64,000 bases of DNA from an uncultured bacterium (GTDB lineage Bacteria > Chlamydiota > Chlamydiia > Chlamydiales > SM23-39), in contig OY970323.1 in NCBI GenBank assembly GCA_963716985.1, positions 640,001 through 704,000 on the forward strand, given 5' to 3'. The position numbers were made by a program, and so were the translations under genes. Under the pieces are notes generated by a model. That model searched no databases. It was not told where the DNA came from and saw nothing but the letters and a program-made list of their open reading frames with translations. Shown one piece after another: positions 56,776 through 64,000 of this stretch. Positions within the stretch are counted from its first letter, which is position 1. Each line of letters starts with the position of its first letter.

Positions 56776-59439
56776 ATGCTACAGAAGCTCATCTCCTTTT
56801 TTTGTTCATTAGCTTTCAAAGGTCTTTCTTTGCGCTACCGAGTGGTCGTCAAAGGAAAGGAGGAGCTAAAGAAAATCGCATGGGAAAAGAAAGGGGGAAT
56901 CCTCTTCTTGCCCAATCATCCCGCACACATGGATCCCGTTCTTCTTTCTTTGACTTTGTGGCCCTTATTTCACGTTCGGCCCTTGGTGGTCGAATATGTC
57001 TATCGCCAATCGGGCATCCAGGCCATCATGAAAATGGTCCAAGCGTTAAGCGTTCCAAATCTCGAGACCTCTCTAAATGAACTTAAGATCAAGAAAACGA
57101 AAGAGGTGGTCGATGAAGTGGTCCGAGGGCTTGAGGCCAAAGAGAATTTTCTCCTCTATCCCAGCGGACGGCTCAAAACTAGCGGAAAAGAAATTTTGGG
57201 AGGATCTTCCGCTGCCCATTACATTCTGGAAAGATGCCCCGATGTCAATGTAGTCTTGGTGAGAACGACCGGCCTATGGGGGAGCAGTTTTTCCAGAGCC
57301 TATGAAGGGCAGTCTTTGGAATTTAAAAAAACGCTTGCCCGTGGTCTTTGGAAATGGATGCTCAACGGCTTTTTTTTTATGCCGCGAAGACGCGTCACCA
57401 TTGAAATAGAGCCCGCTCCAAAAGATTTTCCCTACAAGGCGACGCGGCTTGAGTTCAATCGCTATTTGGAAGATTGGTACAATCGATATCCTGTAAACGG
57501 CAAGATCGTCGATAGCGAACCTTTGAATCGCGTCTCTTATCTCTTTTGGAAGAAGGATCTTTTGGAAGAAAAGAAAGAGGAAAAGAAAACAAAAGTTGCA
57601 AAACGAGTCTTTTCCTCCCAAATCGAAGAAGAGGTCTTTACCGAGCTTGGGCGCATTCTTCCCAATCGCGACATTGCCCCGAACATGAATCTCGCAACAG
57701 ATCTTGGAATCGATTCTTTGGATATCGCCGCGATTATTTCCTTTCTCAATCTCCATTATGACGTGGGCGAGATCCACCCCGAAAATCTCAAAACGGTGCA
57801 AGATGTCTTGGAGATTGCCGAAGGGAAAAAAAAGAAACAGATCAAAAAGGAGATTTGTACCTTTCATTGGCCTCAAGAAAAGGAGAGGAAAGATCCTGGA
57901 TACCCTCAAGGGAAAACGATTCCCGAAGCCTTCTTTTCCATTTGCGATCGGATGGGGCGCTCTCTTGCGGCTGCAGATGATCTTACAGGTCCTCTGACCT
58001 ATCGGAAATTCAAAATTGCCGTCCTGGCTTTAGCTGCCCAATTTCGGAAAATCCAAGGTACCTATGTCGGCATCCTGCTGCCCTCTTCTGTCCCCGCCTA
58101 CATGGCCCTATTAGCTCTAATGATTGCAAAGAAAGTTCCCGTCCTTCTCAACTGGACGCTGGGTCCGCGCTATCTTAACCATATGGCGGATGTGGCGCAT
58201 GTTCAAACGGTGATCAGCTCTTGGCGATTCTTGGAGCGATTGAACAACGTGGAGTTTGGCAACGTTTTGCAAAAGATCCGTTATTTAGAAGACATCAAGA
58301 AGGAAATCTCTAAAATAAACAAACTTTATGCCTTTCTCCTGTCCTTCAAAAAAACCCCGAAACTACTGAGGCATTTCGGTCTCGATTCTATATCGGAAAC
58401 AGAGAGCGCAGTTATTCTCTTTACGAGCGGAACAGAGGCGGCGCCGAAGGGCGTGCCTTTGAGCCATAAAAATATTCTTGTCAATCAGACAGGGGGTTTA
58501 AAGTGCGAGCATATGGTCAAAGAGGATGTGTTTTATGGAATTTTGCCCCCTTTTCACTCTTTTGGCTTTTCCGTGGTAGGGCTCCTGCCCATCTTGGCAG
58601 GAATTCGCGTCGTTTACGCTCCCGATCCTACCGATAGCTATGCCTTGGCGGAAGGAATCGAGCGGTGGAAAGTAACCGTTTTTTGTTCGGCCCCCTCTTT
58701 TTTAAAGGGTTTGCTCCAAGCGGCGACAAAAAAACAACTCGAAACCATTCGCCTTTTTGTGACGGGAGCTGAAAAAGCCGGAAGCGACCTTTTTCGCAAG
58801 GTAGCTCTTTTGGGAGGGGCAAAGCTCATCGAGGGTTATGGCATTACAGAATGTGCGCCCATGATTTCCATCAATCGAGCGAATCTTCCAATCAAAGGGG
58901 TCGGTCAGCTGTTAGAAGGGATTGAAGCCATCGTCATTCATCCAGAGACGAAAGAATTGTTGGAAAAAGGAAAAGAGGGCGAAATTTGCGTGCGCGGAGA
59001 GAATGTCTTTGCAGGATATCTGGAAAAGGAGAAAGATCCTTTCCTCACCATCGACGGGAAAAGGTGGTACCGGACAGGGGATTTGGGCTTTTTTGATGAA
59101 AATAACTATTTAATTCTTTCGGGAAGGCTTAAAAGATTTGCCAAAATTGGCGGGGAAATGATTAGCTTGACGGGTCTTGAAGAGGTGTTGCTCGATGCTT
59201 TGGAAGATGGCAAAGACGAGCCGAGTCTGGCCATCTGCTCCCGGGAAAAGGAGGGGGATAAATCGATCCTCGTTCTTTTTACGACCCAAGAAGTGGAAAA
59301 AGAAAGGGCCAATGCCATTTTAAGAGATGCAGGGTTCAGCCGGCTTGTGAAGATTACGGAGGTCAAAAGAATTGATCAGATTCCCCAGATGGCAGCCGGA
59401 AAGATCGATTATCGATTTTTACAGAGTTTGATCGAATAG
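56776..59439 (+). CDS. aas: Acyltransferase - acyl carrier - acyl-ACP synthetase fusion (Aas-like)
   Basis: NHPAHMD (PlsC HxxxxD) and YPSG; DLGIDSLD phosphopantetheine site; FTSGTEAAPKGV, EGYGITE and YRTGD motifs. Confidence 0.88.
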   Translation: MLQKLISFFCSLAFKGLSLRYRVVVKGKEELKKIAWEKKGGILFLPNHPAHMDPVLLSLTLWPLFHVRPLVVEYVYRQSGIQAIMKMVQALSVPNLETSLNELKIKKTKEVVDEVVRGLEAKENFLLYPSGRLKTSGKEILGGSSAAHYILERCPDVNVVLVRTTGLWGSSFSRAYEGQSLEFKKTLARGLWKWMLNGFFFMPRRRVTIEIEPAPKDFPYKATRLEFNRYLEDWYNRYPVNGKIVDSEPLNRVSYLFWKKDLLEEKKEEKKTKVAKRVFSSQIEEEVFTELGRILPNRDIAPNMNLATDLGIDSLDIAAIISFLNLHYDVGEIHPENLKTVQDVLEIAEGKKKKQIKKEICTFHWPQEKERKDPGYPQGKTIPEAFFSICDRMGRSLAAADDLTGPLTYRKFKIAVLALAAQFRKIQGTYVGILLPSSVPAYMALLALMIAKKVPVLLNWTLGPRYLNHMADVAHVQTVISSWRFLERLNNVEFGNVLQKIRYLEDIKKEISKINKLYAFLLSFKKTPKLLRHFGLDSISETESAVILFTSGTEAAPKGVPLSHKNILVNQTGGLKCEHMVKEDVFYGILPPFHSFGFSVVGLLPILAGIRVVYAPDPTDSYALAEGIERWKVTVFCSAPSFLKGLLQAATKKQLETIRLFVTGAEKAGSDLFRKVALLGGAKLIEGYGITECAPMISINRANLPIKGVGQLLEGIEAIVIHPETKELLEKGKEGEICVRGENVFAGYLEKEKDPFLTIDGKRWYRTGDLGFFDENNYLILSGRLKRFAKIGGEMISLTGLEEVLLDALEDGKDEPSLAICSREKEGDKSILVLFTTQEVEKERANAILRDAGFSRLVKITEVKRIDQIPQMAAGKIDYRFLQSLIE

Positions 59440-59447
59440 AGGTAGAA

Positions 59448-60863
59448 ATGATTGTTTTAAAGCTGTACAACACGGAAACGCGAACGAAAGTGGAAATTGA
59501 GCCGAAGGCAGAAGGCTCCCTTCTTCTCTATACTTGCGGGCCGACCGTTTACAACTTTGCGCATATTGGGAATTTACGCACCTATGTTTTCGAAGATCTT
59601 TTGAAGAGAACTCTTCTCTTTTTGGGATATCGCGTGCGCCACGTGATGAATATCACGGATATTGATGACAAGACCATTCGCGGAGCTGTGCAAAAGAAAA
59701 TTCCCTTAAAGGAGTATACGGCTCCCTTTGCAAGCGCGTTCTTTGAAGATTTAGAGACGCTCCATATCCTGCCCGCGGATGTATACCCCTATGCCACCGA
59801 TTACATTGATGAGATGATTCAAATTATTCAAGAACTTCTCAAAAGGGGCCATGCGTACAAAGGAAATGACGGAAGTGTCTATTTTTCCCTCCGTTCTTTT
59901 AAAAATTATGGAAGACTCTCCCATTTGAAATTGGAAGAGCTCAAAGAGGGCGCCTCAAATCGCCTGCTTGCCGATGAATATGATAAAGAAAATGCTTCGG
60001 ATTTCGTTCTTTGGAAGAGCTATGACAAAGAGCGGGACGGCCCGATTTATTGGGAAAGCCCCTTTGGCAAAGGAAGGCCCGGCTGGCATATAGAATGTTC
60101 GGCCATGTCTTTAAAACTTTTAGGATCTACGATCGACATCCATTGCGGAGGAGTGGATAATATTTTTCCGCACCATGAAAATGAGATCGCACAGTCGGAA
60201 AGTTATACGTTAAAGCCCTTTGTTCGCGTCTGGGCCCACTCCGCCCATCTCATTGTGGATAACAAAAAGATGTCCAAAAGCCTGGGCAATTTTTATACTT
60301 TGCGCGATCTTTTAAAGATGGGATATAGCGGGGAGGAGATTCGGTTTTTGCTTTTGCAGGTGCACTATCGCATGCAGCTGAATTTCACAAAAGAGGGTCT
60401 GGAGGCAGCAAGAGCTTCTTTGCAAAGGATCAAGGATTTTATCCTTCGCCTCCGGAGAGAAAAGAAAGAGGAGGTGTTTGGAAAAACAGCCGGCTTTTTT
60501 CAAAAGGCAGAAGGGGGTTTTGCAGAGGCCATCGCAGACGATTTGAACATTTCTCTTGCGCTGAGCTTCCTCTTTGATTTGATTCGCGAGGTGAATATTC
60601 TTTTCGATCAGGGGAAAATCGGCGCAAAAGAGGCAAGGGATCTGCTCTTGTTTCTTGAAAAATTGGATCGCGTGCTCGGATTTCTCCCCCTCAAAGAGGA
60701 ATCGGAAAAAGTTCCAGCAGAGGTAAAAGAGGCATTTGAAAAGAGAAAGCAGGCGAGATACGAAAAAAATTGGAAAGAGGCAGATTATTTTCGAAATCTT
60801 ATCCATGACAAAGGGTATATAATTGAGGATACGCCACAAGGCCCTCTATTAAAAAAAAGGTAA
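59448..60863 (+). CDS. cysS: Cysteine--tRNA ligase
   Basis: CGPTVY, HIGN, GRPGWHIECSAM, FPHHENE and KMSKS motifs. Confidence 0.98.
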   Translation: MIVLKLYNTETRTKVEIEPKAEGSLLLYTCGPTVYNFAHIGNLRTYVFEDLLKRTLLFLGYRVRHVMNITDIDDKTIRGAVQKKIPLKEYTAPFASAFFEDLETLHILPADVYPYATDYIDEMIQIIQELLKRGHAYKGNDGSVYFSLRSFKNYGRLSHLKLEELKEGASNRLLADEYDKENASDFVLWKSYDKERDGPIYWESPFGKGRPGWHIECSAMSLKLLGSTIDIHCGGVDNIFPHHENEIAQSESYTLKPFVRVWAHSAHLIVDNKKMSKSLGNFYTLRDLLKMGYSGEEIRFLLLQVHYRMQLNFTKEGLEAARASLQRIKDFILRLRREKKEEVFGKTAGFFQKAEGGFAEAIADDLNISLALSFLFDLIREVNILFDQGKIGAKEARDLLLFLEKLDRVLGFLPLKEESEKVPAEVKEAFEKRKQARYEKNWKEADYFRNLIHDKGYIIEDTPQGPLLKKR

Positions 60864-60866
60864 AGA

Positions 60867-61763
60867 ATGCAAAGATGGATTGTTTTTTTCTTGGCGCTTG
60901 TTTTTGCTCTTATCGGATCAGGGGAGAAATTAGGAATCCATGTTCCTGTCCATGAAGAAAATGATTCCTATATTTCGGGCGACGGATTGAAAAAAAATTG
61001 CGATTTTTCCTATGAAAAAATGAGCTCCTTCGATCCTCTCTTGGTGCAAGAGGGCAATCTCGTATTTGTAGACAAAGACCTGCTCCAAGAATTTTTTTCT
61101 AAAATGCATCCCCGGATTAACCATCGCTACGTCCTCGTTACCCACAACGGGAACTATCTCAAAGGCGGAACAACGCCCGGCCCCTACTATCTTTTTTTGG
61201 ACGACGATAAGATTATCGCCTGGTTTGGGAGCAACTCGAACATCACACATCCGAAAATTATCGGGCTTCCTTTAGGCCTTGACAGCATTGTTTGGAAGAA
61301 CGGAAATATCAATTTCTATTACGATGCGATTTCTCGAGGCCCTGCGAAAAAAAAACATCTGCTCTACATGAATTTCTCTTTAAAAAACGATCCCCTGTCG
61401 CGATTGCAAGTTTATCTCTCCTTTGTCGATAAGCCCTATTGTTTTGTCGCCAATGAAAATGGATGGGAAAAGTATTTTCAGGAGATTTGCGAGTCGAAAT
61501 TTGTCCTCTGTCCTAAGGGCCGTGGAGGAGATAGCTTTCGCGTATGGGAATCCTTGATTTTAGGCAGCATCCCCGTTGTAAAGAGTTCTGTTTTAGATTC
61601 GCTCTATGACGATCTGCCGGTGGTGATTGTTAAAGATTGGAATGAGGTCACGGAAGAGTTTTTGGAAAAAAAATATAAAGAGATGGCGAAAAAACAGTTT
61701 TCCTATCAAAAGCTTTTCGTCTCTTATTGGAAAAAAAGAATCAAAGAAAAGAAAGGCCCGTGA
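60867..61763 (+). CDS. Putative glycosyltransferase (exostosin/GT47-like C-terminus)
   Basis: SKFVLCPKGRGGDSFRVWESLILGSIPVV. Confidence 0.65.
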   Translation: MQRWIVFFLALVFALIGSGEKLGIHVPVHEENDSYISGDGLKKNCDFSYEKMSSFDPLLVQEGNLVFVDKDLLQEFFSKMHPRINHRYVLVTHNGNYLKGGTTPGPYYLFLDDDKIIAWFGSNSNITHPKIIGLPLGLDSIVWKNGNINFYYDAISRGPAKKKHLLYMNFSLKNDPLSRLQVYLSFVDKPYCFVANENGWEKYFQEICESKFVLCPKGRGGDSFRVWESLILGSIPVVKSSVLDSLYDDLPVVIVKDWNEVTEEFLEKKYKEMAKKQFSYQKLFVSYWKKRIKEKKGP

Positions 61764-63331
61764 AGAGAAGTCTTTGGATTTTTTCAATCATTGTTTTGCT
61801 TTTTCTTCTCATCCTTATGGGAAAGAGAATTCAATGCTTTTTCTTTTTGTATCAAAACTCTTCTTGCACAGGTGCCAAGGTCTATCAGCATCCCGTTGTG
61901 CAAAACAAGTCTTTTGCCCTGCTTTTTATTTCCTATGGGGATCTTTCAAAAACAAAGGAGTCTCTGCGCTCGATTTTCGAACAGAATTATCATAACTTTC
62001 GCATTCTCTTTGTCAATCAAAACAAAGCAGTTCTATCTCCTATACAGAAGTTTGTCGAAGACAATCATCAGCAGCATCGAGTCGTTTTTCTTAAAGAGTA
62101 TGACAGAGAACAGGAGCTTCAGAATATCTATAACGCAATTGTCTCTTGCCAAGACCATGAGATCGTTGTCCTTATGAGAGAAGGAGATCTTCTTGCCCAT
62201 AATTGGGTTCTCTCTTCATTGAATCAGGTATACGCAAATCCCGATATTTGGCTTTCCTTTGGCAAGCATTTGCACTTCCCGAGCTATTTTCCCTCGACGG
62301 AACTGCCGTTTAAGATGTCTGAGATTGTTAAAAGAAAGCAGAGAAAAAGAAACTCTTTTGATTTTGGGCTCAAATCATTTTACGCAGGCCTTTTCAAGAA
62401 GGTGGCTTTGCAAGATTTGCTAAACGAGGGAAGCTTTATCTTTTCTGAAGAAGATTTTGCGATGATGCTGCCGATGGTTGAGATGGCCTCCTCGCACATC
62501 GCCTATCTTCCGGAAATTCACTACCTGGAACAATCCTATCGAGATTCCTCTGAAAAAAATCGAGTGGTCCAGACCTATCTGCAGCCCTTCTATCGACAAA
62601 GGCTCAAGAAAGCAGATCCCTATCCTGTCTTGGATCGCCCCCCTTTTGGCGAGGAAAAAAAGGAGTGTTTTACCGATCTAATCCTATTTTCCACGCGTCC
62701 CGAGAGTCTTTTGCGCTCGCTACAATCGGTTGCGGAAAAATTCACGGATATCCATGACGTTTTTGTCATTTTTCCACAGCAGAAAAAGGCCTTGTTTGAA
62801 GAGGTGAAGGAGAAGTTTCCTCAACTCTTTTTCATCGAAGAGTCTTCAAAAAATTTAAAGCAGGTTCTTCTGCGTCAAATCCTGCCGCGCATCTCCTCTC
62901 ATTTCGTTCTTTGCGCCACAGACCGCTATTATGTAGAAAGGAAGGTGAATCTAAAAGAGTGTATGTACCTTTTGCTGCAGACACAAGCGAGGGGGTTCTA
63001 TTTTTCTCTCGGAGAGGATGCGAAATTTTGCCAGCGCGGAGGATTTTTCCAAGAACTTCCGAACCATTTCCTGTCTCTTGGAGAAAAAATACGGACCTGG
63101 GAGTGCGAAGAGTGTGCATGCGGAGATTGGGCTTTTCCCGATGGCTTTGTCATGGCACTCTACGAAAAAGATTTTCTGAAAAAAAACTTGGAACAATTGA
63201 ATTTCCAAAGTTTGGAAGAATTAGAAAGAAGCTGGTCTTTGCTCGCTCAGGAGAGAAAGATCGGCCTTTGCTTCAAAAAATCAGATATCGCAAAAATTCA
63301 AGAATCTTCCGGTTTCATCAAAGGAAAGTAA
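61760..63331 (+). CDS. Glycosyltransferase family 2-like protein, paralog of 54024-55715
   Basis: Shares LRSIFEQ.Y.NFR, LNQVYANPDIWL, FYAGLFK.V.LQDLL.EG and MLPM.EMA with the 54024 protein. Confidence 0.75.
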   Translation: MKRSLWIFSIIVLLFLLILMGKRIQCFFFLYQNSSCTGAKVYQHPVVQNKSFALLFISYGDLSKTKESLRSIFEQNYHNFRILFVNQNKAVLSPIQKFVEDNHQQHRVVFLKEYDREQELQNIYNAIVSCQDHEIVVLMREGDLLAHNWVLSSLNQVYANPDIWLSFGKHLHFPSYFPSTELPFKMSEIVKRKQRKRNSFDFGLKSFYAGLFKKVALQDLLNEGSFIFSEEDFAMMLPMVEMASSHIAYLPEIHYLEQSYRDSSEKNRVVQTYLQPFYRQRLKKADPYPVLDRPPFGEEKKECFTDLILFSTRPESLLRSLQSVAEKFTDIHDVFVIFPQQKKALFEEVKEKFPQLFFIEESSKNLKQVLLRQILPRISSHFVLCATDRYYVERKVNLKECMYLLLQTQARGFYFSLGEDAKFCQRGGFFQELPNHFLSLGEKIRTWECEECACGDWAFPDGFVMALYEKDFLKKNLEQLNFQSLEELERSWSLLAQERKIGLCFKKSDIAKIQESSGFIKGK

Positions 63332-64000
63332 ATGACGTCTCGGATCGATTTTGCTTCCGTAAACAGGATGGCCAGACGATCGATCCCGATGCCAAGGCCG
63401 CCTGTCGGGGGCATTCCCTGGCAGATGGCTTCAAGGAATTCTTCTTCCAGAGAGAATGTCTCCTCTTTCTCGATCTTCTTTTCTGCTTGTTCGGTCAAAA
63501 GTTTGCGCTGGAGGATCGGGTCGTTCAATTCGCTATAGGCGTTGCAGATCTCGCAGCCGTTGATGAAACTCTCAAATCGCTCGACGAGCCCCTCTTTTCT
63601 GGAGGCGTTTTCTCTGTGCAGTTTACAGAGCGGCGTTGTCTCAATGGGATGGTCGGTGATGTGGTGGGGTGAGATGAGTTTTGCTGAAACTAGCTCTTCG
63701 AACAGAGTGGCAATCAAAATACCTCTCGGTGCGCCTTTTACTATCGTTTCGTCGACCTTCCCTTCCTTCATCAAAAGGCGGCGCATTTGTTCCTCATTTA
63801 ACTGATCCACATCGATGTTGGCATAATGGTGAATGCTCTCTTTCATGGTCATTCGCTTCCAGGGAGGGCGCAGGTCGATGGTTTGAAAATTGCCGTCGGG
63901 TGTGGGCACGCGAATTTCGGCTCTTCCCAAAAGGTCTTGGGCAATTTTTTCGAGCAGAGACTCGACGAATTGCATCACATCATTGTAATCCCAATAGGCG
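63298..64000 (-). CDS. lysS: Lysine--tRNA ligase (3' part; starts beyond window end)
   Basis: ERFE.FING.EICNAYSELNDP and GMPPTGGLGIGIDRL...IRDVIYFP motifs. Confidence 0.97.
   Translation of the reverse strand, partial: AYWDYNDVMQFVESLLEKIAQDLLGRAEIRVPTPDGNFQTIDLRPPWKRMTMKESIHHYANIDVDQLNEEQMRRLLMKEGKVDETIVKGAPRGILIATLFEELVSAKLISPHHITDHPIETTPLCKLHRENASRKEGLVERFESFINGCEICNAYSELNDPILQRKLLTEQAEKKIEKEETFSLEEEFLEAICQGMPPTGGLGIGIDRLAILFTEAKSIRDVIYFPLMKPEDS

Noticed and set aside
62911..63672. 253-aa plus-strand ORF
   Set aside because: Out-of-frame overlap with the glycosyltransferase and antisense to lysS; a shadow ORF.

Overview
Chromosomal window of an environmental Chlamydiota bacterium. The assignment is inferred from chlamydia-type gene order (rpe-efp-accB-accC; rsbV-miaA-hypothetical-rsfS-fabF-Nudix; aas-cysS-lysS), a SET-domain gene and a MOMP-like porin. 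Core genes fill about 1-14.4 kb and 38.7-64 kb. Between them is an accessory region of about 20 kb anchored at tRNA-Tyr(GTA). It is built from stacked small cassettes separated by relics of the tRNA-Tyr 3' end, and the junctions are of three kinds: (A) anticodon-loop att sites with a shared 21-bp tandem arm-type motif; (B) T-loop att sites that read on the minus strand as the C-terminal tail of a large serine recombinase (WGRLDxFRTFDW); (C) a repeated ~130-nt structured element that is partly antisense to the tRNA 3' end. No intact integrase lies in the window. Cargo includes three toxin-antitoxin pairs, an RxxxxH (HEPN-like) gene split by an unusual IS66 with two inverted tnpA genes, a group II intron whose RT is split by a 190-bp MITE, two of the three copies of a 102-bp CTAG-flanked MITE, a serine hydrolase, an Ntn-hydrolase/OMP pair and several pseudogenes. 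Separately, an orphan HEARO/omega-RNA-like (IscB scaffold-like) sequence sits between surE and tRNA-Val. All product calls come from recognising motifs by eye; no database searches were run.
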